A stretch of 63,966 nucleotides of DNA, counting the filler, from Reclinomonas americana ATCC 50394 (lineage: Eukaryota), in assembly GCA_048213135.1 (NCBI GenBank). It is 5 parts of 3 records of this genome, joined end to end, with 100 filler letters (N's around TTAATTAATTAA, not from the genome) between each part and the next. Parts side by side here need not be neighbours in the genome. Positions count along the whole stretch, not along the records: positions 44,349 to 52,421 come from PS015299.1; positions 52,522 to 59,478 come from PS015299.1; 3 more parts are not named here. One strand, 5' to 3'. Below, in pieces: positions 44,349 to 57,807 of this stretch. The position numbers and the translations under genes were made by a program. The number at the start of each line of letters is the position of its first letter. The first letter of the stretch is position 1. The notes under the pieces were generated by a model. That model made no database searches, was not told the origin of the DNA, and worked only from the letters and a program-made list of their open reading frames with translations.

Positions 44349-47300
44349 ACGCTCAGCTTCAGCTTTGGACGAGGCATCCATCTGATACAACACAGCATGC
44401 AGTGAGACGAATGCGAGGATCATCAAAATGAAAAGGGCGACAAACCTGTGCCTCCAGTGAGCTGCTGAGATTGGTTCGATCGATGGTGAGCGTGCGCACT
44501 TGCTGCGTCAGTGCCTCCAACTGTATCTGTGAGATTTGCAGACGATGCAGCTGCTCGTCGGTCACCGATGCGCCAGTGTGCCCGGTGGAGCGGTGTGAAC
44601 TGTTGAGTTCGGCCAGCAAGCGGTCGCGCTCCTGCAGCAGCGAACCCATCTCCTCCATGTGGGTCTCCAGCGAGGTTTGCAATCGCACGTTCTCCGTCTC
44701 CACCGTGCGCGCCTCCTTTGAGCGTGTTTGCAGCTCACGTCCCTGCAGCTCGCAAAGGCTCTTCACGTTGGCCAACTCGACCGTCAACTCCTCCACCGTG
44801 CGGTTCAACTCGTCGAACTCCGACACCAAGAACTCGTGAGCAGTCTTGTCGCTCTCCGAATCCTCCACGCGCTGGCGCAGAGCGGCCAGTTCAACGTCCT
44901 TGCTCTCGACGTCACGGGAGCGTTGGGCCAACACATTCATGGCCTACCACAAACACACATGAGCATTTCGAGGAAGTGATAGATAGAGAGAAGAGACACA
45001 ATTAGTGTCGCCGTCACCTCAGCAAGCTGTGCGGTCAGCGCGTCCTTCTGCATGCGAGCATCGGCAGCATCGCGTTCAGCTTGAGTCACCGCGGCGACAG
45101 AGGCCACCGACGAGGCAGCATTCGATTTCAAATGTTCGTTCTCCTCGCGCATCTCGGCCAGCTCCGACTCCATCGCGTGCGCCTCATCGAGCAACTCAGA
45201 AGTCGACAGCAGCTGCCGCTTCGTGTCCTCGAGTTCCGCCAGCACGTCATCAAGCTCGCTGCGAGGCACTCGTCCCGCCTCCAGCTCCTCGATCGTGAGT
45301 CGCAGAGCAGCGTTACTGCGCTGCTCTTCCTGTTAATGCGCAGAAAAAGAGGAGTGAGGTGACGGGATACAAAAAGAACAAGGATCAGCAAGCGAGTCGC
45401 ACCTCGAGTGCCGTGTTCGTCTCCAACAGGATTTGATAGTACTCGTCACGCTCTGCGTTCGCCGCTTGCAGTTGCACCTCAAGACTGGATTGTGAGCCCT
45501 GCGTCGTCTCCGCGAATCGTGCACTCTCAACTCGGAGCTGACTAATTTGCTCCTTCAGAGTCGCCTCCGTCGNNNNNNNNNNNNNNNNNNNNCCTGAGAC
45601 TGCAGTTGCTCCTTCAAAGTCGCCTCTGTCGCCACAGCTTGCTGCACTTGCTCCTCCAGCGCAGCTACTCGCAAACTCGCGGCATCAGCCTGAGACTGCA
45701 GTTGCTCCTTCAGGGCTGACTCCGTCGCCGCAGCTTGTTGCACCTGCTGCTCCAGTGCCGCCACTCGTGTACTCGCAGCATCAGTTTGAGACTGCAGTTG
45801 CTCCTTCAGAGCCGTCTCCGTCGCCGCAGCTTGCTGCAGCTGCTCCTCAAGTGCAGCCACTCGAGCACTCGCGGCATCAACCTGAGACTGCAGTTGCTCC
45901 TTTAGAGCCGACTCCGTCGCCACAGCTTGTTGCACTTGCTCCTCCAGCGCAGCTACTCGCACACTTGCGGCGTCAGTCTGAGACTGCAGTTGCTCCTTCA
46001 GTGCCGTCTCCGTCGCCACAGCTTGTTGCACTTGCTCCTCCAGCGCAGCTACTCGCACACTTGCGGCGCCAGTCTGAGACTGCAGTTGCTCCTTCAGTGC
46101 CGTCTCCGTCGCCACAGCTTGTTGCACCTGCTCCTCCAGTGCGGCCACCCGTGCGCTCGCGGCGTCAGCCTGAGACTGCAGCTGCTCCTTCAGAGCCGTC
46201 TCCGTCGCCACAGCTTGTTGCAGCTGCTCCTCCAGCGCAGCCACTCGCACACTTGCGGCATCAGCCTGTGCCTGCAGTTGCTCCTTCAGAGCCGTCTCCG
46301 TCGCCGCAGCTTGTTGCAGCTGCGCACTCGAATCACCAGCCTGAGACTGCAGCTGCTCCTTCAGAGCTGACTCCATCGCCGCAGCTTGTTGCACCTGCTG
46401 CTCCAGTGCCGCCACTCGCTCACTCGCAGAATCAGCCTGTGACTGCAGCTGCTCCTTCAGTGCCGTCTCTGTCGCCGCAGCTTGTTGCACTTGCTCCTCC
46501 AGCGCGGCCACTCGCGCACTCGCGGCCTCAGCCTGAGACTGCAGTTGCTTCTTCAGAGCCGTCTCTGCCGCCGCAATTTGTTGCACCTGCTCCTCCAGCG
46601 CGGCCACCTGTGCACTCGCAGAATCAGCCTGTGACTGCAGCTGCTCCTTCAGAGCCGTCTCTGTCGCCGCAGCTTGCTGCAGCTGCTCCTCCAGTGCGGC
46701 CACCCGTGCACTCGCAGCGTCAGTCTGAGACTGCAGTTGCTCCTTCAGAGCCATCTCCGTCGCCACTGCCTGCTGCACCTGCTCCTCCAGAGCAGCTACT
46801 CGGGCACTCGACGCATCAGCCAGAGACTGCAGTTGCTCCTTCAGAGCCGTCTCCGTCGCCACAGCTTGTTGCACTTGCTCCTCCAGTGCGGCCACTCGAA
46901 CACTCGCGGCATCAGTCTGAGACTGCAGCTGCTCCTTCAGAGCCGACTCCGTCGCCGCAGCTTGTTGCACTTGCTCCTCCAGCGCAGCCACTCGAACACT
47001 CGCAGCATCAGCCTGAGACTGCAGTTGCTCCTTCAGAGCCGTCTCCGTCGCCGCAGCTTGCTGCACTTGCTCCTCCAGTGCGGCCACTCGGGCACTCGAC
47101 GCATCAGCCAGAGACTGCAGTTGCTCCTTCAGAGCCGTCTCCGTCGCCGAAGCTTGTTGCACCTGCTCCTCCAGAGCAGCTACTCGAGCACTCGCAGCAT
47201 CAGCCTGAGACTGCAGTTGCTCCTTCAGTGCCGTCTCCGTCGCCACAGCTTGTTGCACTTGCTCCTCCAGCGCAGCCACTCGAGCACTCGAATCACCAGC

Positions 47301-50300
47301 CTGAGACTGCAGTTGCTCCTTCAGAGCTGACTCCATCGCCGCAGCTTGTTGCAGCTGCTCCTCCAGCGCAGCCACTCGCACACTCGCAGAATCAGCCTGA
47401 GACTGCAGTTGCTCCTTCAGTGCCGCCTCTGTCGCCGCAGCTTGTTGCACCTGCTCCTCCAACGCAGCCACTCGAGCACTCGCAGAATCAGCCTGAGACT
47501 GCAGTTGCTCCTTCAGTGCCGCCTCTGTCGCCGCAGCTTGTTGCACCTGCTCCTCCAGCGCAGCCACTCGAGCACTCGCAGAATCAGCCTGAGACTGCAG
47601 TTGCTCCTTTAGAGCCGACTCCGTCGCCACAGCTTGTTGCACTTGCTCCTCCAGCGCGGCCACTCGCGCACTCGCGGCGTCAGCCTGAGACTGCAGTTGC
47701 TCCTTCAGTGCCGCCTCTGTCGCCGCAGCATGTTGCACCTGCTCCTCCAGTGCAGCCACTCGTGCACTCGCAGCAGCTGCCTGTGAAAGCAGTTGCTCTT
47801 TCAGAGCTGACTCCCTCGCCGCAGCTTGTTGCACTTGCTCCTCCAGAGCCGCCACTCGTGCACTCGCAGAATCAGTCTGAGACTGCAGTTGCTCCTTCAG
47901 GGCTGACTCCGTCGCCACAGCTTGTTGCACCTGCTCCTCCAGTGCAGCCACTCGAGCACTCGACGCATCAGTCTGAGACTGCATGTGGATTTGAATCTCA
48001 GCCAGCTGGAATTCCAAACTCGACGCTCGCTGCTGCGCGACCTCCGACTCCTCAGTCAGCGCGGCGACACGCGATTGTAGCAGAGAAGTCTCTGCGCGTG
48101 CCGCCTCCAGTGATGCTGAGCAATCTTGCAGTTGAGACTCGACGGTCGCTGCCTCGGTGGTGGCACGAACCAGCTGCTCTTGCAGAGTTGAATTCTCGTC
48201 CACTGACTCGTCGAGGTGCTCTTGCATCTCGGTGATGCGCCGCCGTTCCTGCTGAAGCTGTTGAATCGTTGTCGTCAGCTGCTGCTGGCCGTCCGACTGC
48301 TGCTGCTGCATCAGCTGCTGAATGGCCTGCAGCTTTTCCTCCGATGCCTCCACTGCGGCCTGCAAACGGATACGCTCATCCTCCAACGTAGCTGCCTCCA
48401 TCATCGCAGAAACAAGCTGTTCGTGCAATGTCGCGGCCTCCTCACGTGCCTCCTCCACCGAATCGGCGAGACTCTGCCGCTGTTCCTGAGCTGTCCGTAC
48501 GTCGCGAGCCAAAGTTGCTTCCCTCTTCTTCGACTCGGCAAGTCGCGACTCTACGTCTGCCAACTTGGCCTGCTCAGTCGACAACGCAAGTGCACCGGAG
48601 ACGCGCTGCTGCTGTTCCGTCGCCAACGCGATCTCAATCGACGCAATGTGATCTCGTGCAACATCAAGCTCACGCCCACGAAGAGCCAGCTGCTCCGCCG
48701 TCACCGTGGCCACCGCCGCTTGCGTGACTCGAGTGACCAACACTTCTGCGGTAGCACATTGACGCTCGTCGGCAAGCGCACCAGCAAGCTCTCGAACGCG
48801 ATCTTCCGCATGGTGCAAACTGTCTGCCGTGCGAGCCAGCTGCGCACAGTGCTGGCCAACGGTTCTTGAGACGCCTGCGAGTTCGTCCAGTAGCGCAGCC
48901 TCGATTCCCAGGGTGACGGCTCTACCAGCCATGGTTGAAACCACCAGCGCAGACCGCAGCTCGGCAATCTCTTCGGCCGAACGAGCAGCGTCACGGAGCG
49001 TATCGTGCACAGTGGAGCTCAACACTGTGAGGTCGCACTCAGCCTGGTGCAGCTGCAGGCGCAGCCCATCAAGTCGCTGGGTGGCAGCCGCTAGAGCATC
49101 CCGTGACAATTCATCGTCGACTTGCAGTTGATCACAGCGGGCCGATTCATCGGCCAGCGACTGCTGCAGAAGCGAGCACTCAAGCGTTGATGCTGTGTTT
49201 GCACAAGTCAGCGTAATTGTGACTATGAACAAAACAGAAGAAATTATACACACCACGAAGCGCAGATTGTGTGTCCACGAAGACAGCATCGACATGGTTG
49301 AAGATACTCTCGTTCACGATGCGTGCAACCAGAGCGCGACCGGTATCCAACGCGAAATCGTCGGCACGCTGGCGTTCAGTAGCCTGGCAATGCCGTTCGG
49401 CAGCCTCCAGTTGCGCCTTCAGCGTCGTCATTTGCTCCGAGTGTGCTTGCTCAGCAGTCTCGAGTTGCGCCTTCAATGCCGTCACCTGCTCTGAATGTTT
49501 TTGCTCAGTTGACAATCTGTCTTGCTCAGCAGTCTCGAGTTGCGCCTTCAGCGCCGTCACCTGCTCTGAGTGAGCCTGCTCAGTCGATAGCCTGTCATGT
49601 TCAGCAGCCTCAAGTTGTGCCTTCAGCGCCGTCACTTGCTCCAAGTGAGTCTGCTCAGTTGACAATCTGTCATGCTCGGCAGTCTCGAGTTGCGCCTTCA
49701 GCGCCACCACCTGCTCTGAGTGTGCTTGCTCAGCCGATAATCTCTCGTGCTCAGCAGTCTCGAGTTGCGCCTTCAGCGCCGTCACCTGCTCTGAGTGAGC
49801 CTGCTCAGTCGATAGCCTGTCATGTTCAGCAGCCTCAAGTTGTGCCTTCAGCGCCGTCACCTGCTCCAAGTGAGCCTGCTCAGTCGATGACCTGTCACGC
49901 TCAGCAGCCTCAAGTTGTGCCTTAAGCGCCGCCATTTGCTCCGAGTGAGTCTGCTCAGTTGACAACCTGTCATGCTCGGCAGTCTCGAGTTGTGCCTTCA
50001 GCGCCGCCACCTGCTCTGAGTGAGCCTGCTCAGTCGATAGCCTGTCATGCTCGGCAGTCTCGAGTTGCGCCTTCAGTGCCGTCACTTGCACCGAGTGAGC
50101 CTGCTCAGTCGATAGCCTGTCATGTTCAGCAGCCTCAAGTTGTGCCTTCAGCGCCGTCACTTGCTCCAAGTGAGCCTGCTCAGCCGATGACCTATCATGC
50201 TCAGCAGTCACGAGTTGCGCCTTCAGTGCCGTCACTTGCTCCGAGTGAGCCTGCTCAGTTAACAATCTGTCATGCTCAGCAGTCTCGAGTTCCGCCTTCA

Positions 50301-53300
50301 GCGCCGTCACTTGCTCCAAGTGAGCTTGCTCAGTCGATAGCCTGTCATGCTCAGCAGTCTCGAGTTGCGCCTTCAGCGCCGTCACTTGCTCTGAGTGTGC
50401 TTGCTCAGCAGTCTCGAGTTGCGCCTTCAGTGCCGTCACTTGCTCTGAGTGCGCCTGCTCAGTCGATAATCTGTCATGCTCAGCAGTCTCGAGTTGCGCC
50501 TTCAACGCTGTCACTTGCTCTGAGTGTGCTTGCTCAGCAGTCACGAGTTGCGCCTTCAGTGCTGTCACCTGCTCCGAGTGAGTCTGCTCAGTTGACAATC
50601 TGTCATGCTCAGCAGTCTCGAGTTGCGCCTTCAGCGCCGTCACTTCCTCCGAGTGCGCCTGCTCAGCCGATGACCTATAATGCTCAGCAGTCTCGAGTTC
50701 CGCCTTCAGTGCCGTCACTTGCTCCGAATGAGCCTGCTCGGCCGATAATCTGTCACGCTCAGCAATCTCGAGTTGCGCCTTCAGCGCCGCCACTTGCTCC
50801 GAGTGAGCCTGCTCAGTTGACAACCTGTCATGCTCGGCAGTCTCGAGTTGCGCCTTCAGCGCCGTCACCTGCTCCGAGTGAGCCTGCTCAGTTGACAACC
50901 TGTCGTGCTCAGCAGTCTCGAGTTGCGCCTTCAGCGCTGTCACTTGCTCCGAGTGTGCTTGCTCAGCCAATAGTCTGTCGTGCTCAGCAGTCTCGAGCTG
51001 CACCTTCAGCGTCGCCACTTGCTCCGAAAGAGCCTGCTGAGCAGTCTCGAGCCGCCCCTGCATCGTTGCCAGTTCTTCGCGAGCGACAGCCAGCTCATCT
51101 CGTGTTGACTGTCGTCGCCGCTCTGAACTGGCAAGCTTACCAACTGAGACGAGATTAAGCAGCCAGGCGTGTTGACGCTCGCCATCTGCAGCCTCCAGTT
51201 GCGTGCGCAATTCCTCCCTCTGCTCGGTGGCCGCGCGCAGCTGATCCGCCGTCTCACGTCGCAATCGGGCGCATTCCTGTTGCACCTGATCACGGCTGCT
51301 CGTCACAGCGGCAAGTTCAGCACGCGTGTTCTGCAGTGTGCGCTCCGCACTCTCCTGCATGGCCGCCGCCTCCTGCGCAGCACGCTGGCAGGCATCGTGC
51401 TGTTGGTCTCACTTGTTAGTTGCCAGATAGTATCAGAGACACGGCGACTGGGGGAGCAGAATTCACCTTCCACTGCAGCTGCTCGACGCGCGACTCGAGT
51501 TGTACGCGTTCTGCCGTGCTTCGCTCCAGCTGCTCCTCGAGGCGTCGCACATTTGCACCGTGGTCACGCTCCACCACGTGTGCCTCCTCAAGCAGTCGCT
51601 CCATGTCATCCGTCTGCTGCTGACACCGGTCACGAAGGGTGGCGATCAGGGCCGCCAGCTGCTCGTTTTCCAGCTTGTTCACCGCCAGTTCAGATCGAGC
51701 AGACTCGAGCGAGCGTTCTAATCTGACACGCTCTAGCGCCGCCTGCTGCACAACCACATTGCAGTGCTGTTCTACAGCTGTCGCATTTTCCCGCACTCGC
51801 TCCAATTCGCTGGTCTTGGCCCGCACAGCGGCTCTGAGTTGCTCAACTTCAGCATCCAGCTCGCCGATGCGAACGTCACGCTGCGTTGGCATAGTGTCAG
51901 CGACAGTCAACAAAGCCAACACCCGCAGAGAGCATAGCACACAAACCGGATCAGGAGGCACCTCCTCTGGGATCACGTCGCCAACAATGAGCTCCTCCGC
52001 CTCGCCACTGGCACTGACCGGTGCCCGAGGAGTGACGGCGGACAAAGCATCCGTAAAGCTCGGCGGCTCCGACAGCTGCGCCTGGTGCCTCTCGGGCACC
52101 ACGACAGCCGCGTGCTCTCGGCCAGACTGATAGCTGCGTCTGGTGCGCGCGGCCTGTCGCAGCTCACTGCACGTCGCCTCGGCGGCTGCCAGCTGCTCCT
52201 GCAACTCGGCCACTGTTGCGGCGTGCATGCGATCAGATGCCACCTGCAACCTCAGCGCATCGTCCAACACGCGGCCTTGTGACTCGACCACCACGTCGCG
52301 CACTGCTGACGCCGCGGCAGCTTGCACCGCATGTTGAGCAAGCGTGATGACATTGTCTTCGGCCTGCTGATTTTCAGTCTGCATGACTTGCTCCTCGAGA
52401 CGCAAGACCTCATCCACCAGGNNNNNNNNNNNNNNNNNNNNNNNNNNNNNNNNNNNNNNNNNNNNTTAATTAATTAANNNNNNNNNNNNNNNNNNNNNNN
52501 NNNNNNNNNNNNNNNNNNNNNCATGGACCACCGCCAATCGCGCGCAACAAGCCGGCCTGGTGGCAGCACTCTCGGAGCGCTTGCAGACCGTCACCGACGA
52601 GTGCGAGCAAGCGCGATGCGAGTCCAGCGAGTTGCGCTCGCACGCCGCGCTCCTCATGGGAGACGTGGATGAACTGCACAAGGCACTGCTGCGCTCGACG
52701 GCAGAGGAGAGTGCTCTTCGCGGTCTCTTTGGCGAGCTGGATCAGCAACACGAGTCGCTGCTGGCGGACTTTGAGCGACTCGGTGTGCAGGCTGTTGAAC
52801 TGCGGCGTGAGCGCGACCAGTTCTCTGCTGCGTACCAGGAGTGCGACGCACAGCGGCAGACGGTGGAGGCGGAACGCGACGCNNNNNNNNNNNNNNNNNN
52901 NNATATCTGTGCAAGAGGAGAAGGGAGATGAGAGGGAAGGGGAAGAGGGAAGAGAGGGAAGGGGAAGAGGGAAGGGAGGGAGAAGGAAGGGAAAGAGAGG
53001 GAAGAGAGGGAAGAGAGAGAGAAAAAAGGAGACGGAGGGAGAGGGAAAGGGAATGGAAGAGAGAGGGAGAGAGAACGGGGAAGGAAGTGAGAGAGAGAGA
53101 GAGAGAAGAGAGGGAAGAAAGGGAGAGAAACGAGAGAAGCGCAAGAGAGAAGCGCGAGAGACAAGGCAAATGGAAACGACGGAACAGAGAGTAGGAGTGA
53201 CGGATGAGGAAATGGAGAGAAGAAAGGAAGGGAAATGTATGATGGAGACGAAAGAGATGGGAAAGAAAGAAAAGGAAGAAAGCGACAGAAGGGAGAGAGG

Positions 53301-55361
53301 AAAAGACGTAGGGCGAGGAAAAGAGTAGAGCGAGAGAGGCGAGGAGAAAAACATCAAGGATAGACGAGATGGTGAAAAATGAAGGGAGAGGAAAGTGAGA
53401 GTATAGGGCGACAAAGAAGGGGAATGGAAACGACGGAAGAGAGAGAGAGAAAGGATGAGATGAAATGGAGAGAAGAAAGGAAGGGAAAGAAAGATAGCGC
53501 GGAAAGAGAAGAAAGAGAAGAACGAGAAAGAGAAGAGAGAGAACGGAGGGAAGAAAGGGAGAGAGAAAAGAGAACACAGAAAGACAAACGGAGAGAGACA
53601 AGGAGGGAACGAGAAACGCGCGGGAAAGAAAGAAGGGAGAAGACAGAGAAGGAAAATAGACAGAACGGAGAGAAGAGAGAGGGAATGAGAGTGGAAAGAC
53701 AACTTTGTCAGCAACGTGATACCCAAAAACACACACCTCATTGGTGATCTCCTCCTGCAGTTTCTGGCACAACTCCGTCTGCTGATCCATCTCGTCCTGG
53801 AGTTGGAGTATCTCAGAGTGCCATTCGGCACACAATTGTAGTGCCTCGGCACGCTCTCGTTCCGCCACCGACAGCGCCTCTTCCATGTGTCGTGCAGTCA
53901 TCCCTGATGCCGCCTGCTGGTTCTGCAGCAAGCTCGTCAGTTGCTGCACGCGGGTGTGATGTAGTGCGTGCAGCTTGTCGAGTTGCGCTCTCGAAACGGC
54001 GGTCAGAGCGTCCACCGAACTCGAGGCGGTGTGGCGAACCACGCGGCACTTGCTGAGCTGCGCGGTGCACACGTGGTACAAGGCCTGCGACACCTCGGCG
54101 TCGCGCACTGACCGATCGCGTTCCCGTTGCACACGCGCCAGTTGCTGCAGGGCCACATGCAGGTCCTCTTCCTGCTGCTCCTTGGCAGCACGGACGTGCA
54201 GAAGCTCTGCCGCGCGGTCATGAGGGGAAAGGGAGGAGCGCCAACGAATTCATCAACACGACACCATCCATACCTTGCTCAACGCCATCCAGTGACGACC
54301 TGGACAGTGCGAGTTCTGCTTCCACGGAGCGCAAGTGCGCCAATGTGTCGTCAACCTGGCGCTCCAATGCACCGACCGTCGCCTGCAGCTCTGTTGTTGA
54401 CGACGAACGGAAAGCGATGAGTTTGTGAAAGCAACATAAAGGACCAATCACGTCCACGAACCGTCGCGTTCCCTCTTGGTGGCATCCAACTCGTCGAGTG
54501 TGGCGGTTACGCTGTCGTGCGCCCGGGCAAACTCGGCCTGCACTTCTGCCAACGCCGTTCGCGTGTCGTCCAGATTCGCGCACGTGATGCGAAGTTTTTC
54601 CATCGATGATCGCACATACTCGCTGTCCACCAACGGAGATGCCGCCGTGACCGCCGCCACCGCCGCCGTCACCGCATCGGCCACAATGGCGGAGGTAATG
54701 GGCGGATCGGAGATCAACACGGCGGCCTCTTCCGCCTCCGCCTCCAGCTGCTCGACATGCAGAAGCAACTCATCGCGCTCGCGCTTCACACGCTCCAGCT
54801 CGTCGCTGACCAACTCGTGCACCGTCTCCACATCGTCCAAGTTGTGTCGCAGCGCGTCGCTCATTTCCTCACGCAGTCGATCGAACTGCTGCCGCTCGAC
54901 CACCAGCTGCGCCTCGAGCTGCGCCACCCGCACACGCCACGCCACGTCGCCACCAGCACCGGTACCATCGTCCTGACTGGCGGCCAGCAGTGCGCCGCGT
55001 AACCTGCTGACCTCGGTTTCGAGTTGCTGAATGCGCGCGCTCGCACCCCGATCCTGGTCCTGGTCGGCCAGCAACGACAGCGGCGACTCGACATCGCGCA
55101 GCTGCTCCTCCAGTTCGACCAGGCCCGCGCGGCACTCGCCGACGTCCTCGTACAGGTGGTCGACAGAAGACGATGATGAAGTGGAAGACGAGGTCGTGGT
55201 GGTGGTAGTCGTGGTGGTGGTGGTGGTCGCGTCGGTGGCCGCCGACTCGCGATCACGGTCGGCCACATTGCGCGTCACGTGGGTGCCGCGGCATACGTCG
55301 GCCAGCGCCATGCGGTGCCATTGGCGGGGTTCGCGGTCGCGGAGGTCGGTGATGTGCGGGA
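44349..55361 (-). CDS. Giant coiled-coil protein (well over 2500 aa) with two internal repeat arrays; both ends missing; 52522-52882 assembled inverted
   Basis: Continuous E/Q/A/L-rich exons (ORFs 54448-55311, 51416-52417, 49180-51360, 45555-49295, 44937-45269, 44359-44940) joined by short GT-AG introns. Confidence 0.85.
45593..47983 (-). repeat. Coding 96-nt (32-aa) tandem array, about 25 copies: QLQSQADAASARVAALEEQVQQAAATETALKE
   Basis: tgagactgcag recurs every 96 nt; one internally deleted unit near 46320; array runs into a 20-N gap. Confidence 0.95.
49395..51055 (-). repeat. Coding 75-nt (25-aa) tandem array with 54-nt (18-aa) variants, over 20 copies: EQVTALKAQLETAEHDRLSTEQAHS
   Basis: Visible in DNA and in ORF 49180-51360. 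Confidence 0.95.
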
Positions 55362-57202
55362 CTGCAATAGGGGGAAGGGGTTAATAGGGGAAGAGAGAGG
55401 GGGAGGGTGACAGGGACAGGGTGAGGGGAGTGGAGAGAAGCATGATGGAGGTGCGGCGACTCTACGATCTCTGTGTGAAGGAGTGCGAGGAAACAATGAT
55501 GGACTTGCAACTGCAGAAGGAGAGAGAGAGGCCCGACGGAGAACCGGCAGTCAGATGCAATGGGAGATGATTGACGGTGCAAGAGAAGAATGAGGGGAGA
55601 GGGAGAAGCGCGACGGAGGTGCGACGATACGAAGATCTCCCAGAGCCAGAATGCGAAGGGAAAGACAAATGGCTGTGTCCAGCTCAAACGGCCGAGAGAG
55701 GGAAATGAGGAATGAGTGCGATGACGATGAAGGATCGTGCACGAAATGAGTGAGGGGAGAAGGAGAGGTGCGACAGAGGCGAACTGGGACGAAGGATGAT
55801 GAGAATCTAGTATGGTNNNNNNNNNNNNNNNNNNNNNNNNNNNNNNNNNNNNNNNNNNNNNNNNNNNNNNNNNNNNNNNNNNNNNNNNNNNNNNNNNNNN
55901 NNNNNNNNNNNNNNNNNNNNNNNNNNNNNNNNNNNNNNNNNNNNNNNNNNNNNNNNNNNNNNNNNNNNNNNNNNNNNNNNNNNNNNNNNNNNNNNNNNNN
56001 NNNNNNNNNNNNNNNNNNNNNNNNNNNNNNNNNNNNNNNNNNNNNNNNNNNNNNNNTTGCACTCACTGACGCGCTCCTCCTCACTGCTTGTCACGCGCTC
56101 ACTCACGCACGCACACACACACACACACGCACACACTCGCTCACTCGCTCGCCTGCTGCGGAAGATCTGCTTGTGAGGCGTGATTCGTGATCAGAGAGTG
56201 AGAGGCGCGCGCGAGCAACGTCCCGCCTTTTTCCGAAACCGGACCGATATTATTTCCTGTATTATTTGGAAAGGTAAAAAGCGACCAAGATTGCACGCGT
56301 AAGAACGGAATGCATCGATGTGCGATAACGAGGTGCTTTCAAGTGAAGGAGTGAAAGGCGAGGAGAGGCAGGAAATTCGTCGAATTCGTTGAATGATTGG
56401 AATTGTGGATTTCCACGACGCAGCAGCGCAACAACAACGACAGCAACTTTGCAAATTCCAAGAGCTTCACAGCTGCAGAAACTCAGATATCACGGAAAAA
56501 ACGAGAAAAAGTCGAGATGGCTAATGCTGGCGTTTCTGCAAGAGAAACCACGGCTCATGACAAGCATGGATTTGACGCCGAATTCCACAAAGGAAACGAG
56601 AAAAATATCAAGAGGTGTTGGTATCAGAAGGCATGATGGAAGTGTTGAGCTGCGGAACACGAAGTCGAGGACAATCCATAACTGTAGTGTCCTCTCCTTC
56701 AGTTCCTTGCTTCTGTAGGCTTCCTCTCTTACGAGAGCAAGCCACCTGGTTGGCACTTCCGTGGTGGTCCAGCGGTGAGCACTCAGGCGGGAGCCAGGAT
56801 CGTGACCAGCGGGCCGCACACACGCTCGAGGGAGGGTTTTGCTGGTCACATTGCTTGACCGGCCCCTCTCGAGGCCCGATCTAAGCGAAGGCATGTAAAA
56901 TAAAGTCAAACTATAAGTCGGTTGTGGTTGGGGTGCATCGCTGTCGGTGTTGAGTCGAGTAGAGAGTGCCACGTTAGTGACGGTGCTGTCCCGTGGTGGA
57001 CTGGTGGTGGCAGTAGAGGACACTACAATTGGTTGTCGAGACTGATAAGTGTGGAGCAAGCTCAAATACGGAACTCTCTCCAAACGTAGTCAGGAGAGTA
57101 TGTAAAACCAACAGAGCCAGGCAACATGCAATTAAGTCCGGGAAGGAGCCAAGGTGTCAGTTGAGTGGTTGTTGCTGATGATGATGTTGCTCACGGGAGT
57201 TG

Positions 57203-57720
57203 TCACTGCCGCCTGTTGATCCTGGCAACGGCACCGCAATGCGCCGACCAGATGTAATGGTCGTGGCGCGCAGCGCAGCTGCACAGTTTCGACAGCAAGC
57301 GACCCGTGTCGTCACTGCTTCGACGCTCCTGAGGTGAACGGCCATGCACCAGTTCGGCCTTGTTGTCACCAGTCCGTTTCGGGACGATATCACCAGAGCC
57401 AAACACCAGTGTATAGAAGACAACGCGCTTCAACGTGTGTTGCTCGACAGCACGCATCAGATCGCGATACTTCTCCGTTTTCTTCTTAGCAGCCGTCTCC
57501 AGGGAGCTCTTTCTGTCATCTTGCAGTCGTCCGTCAGCGGCATACGCCACAGTCACGTCAGCCATGATGGATACGGTTGAACTTGGTCATCAAGACAGCT
57601 GTTGCTTGTTTGTTAGTGAATGAATTGTTGTTGTCAGCAGCGACCTTGAAGAAACACCCTTCTCGGCATTCAATGCAGCAAAACTGGCATCACGTAAAGG
57701 TTACATTCACCCTCGATTCA
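57203..57720 (-). mobile_element. Decayed 3' fragment of a non-LTR retrotransposon: restriction-like endonuclease (RLE) domain
   Basis: Intronless ORF ADVTVAY...SLETAAKKKTEKYRDL...VVFYTLVFGS resembles the DVTV/K..KY/plvvG tail of R2/NeSL/CRE-type elements. Frame disrupted immediately upstream; flanking DNA less GC-rich than the genes. Confidence 0.65.
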
Positions 57721-57807
57721 GCACCCATTCTTTCCCTCTCCCCTTATCTCCCACCCTCTCACTCTCAATCCCAATTCTCAAAGAGACCCTCCACCGCCGG
57801 CGACATG

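Noticed and set aside
45755..51158. Long antisense Pro-rich ORFs over the repeat arrays
   Set aside because: Shadow frames of the stop-poor coding repeats on the minus strand.
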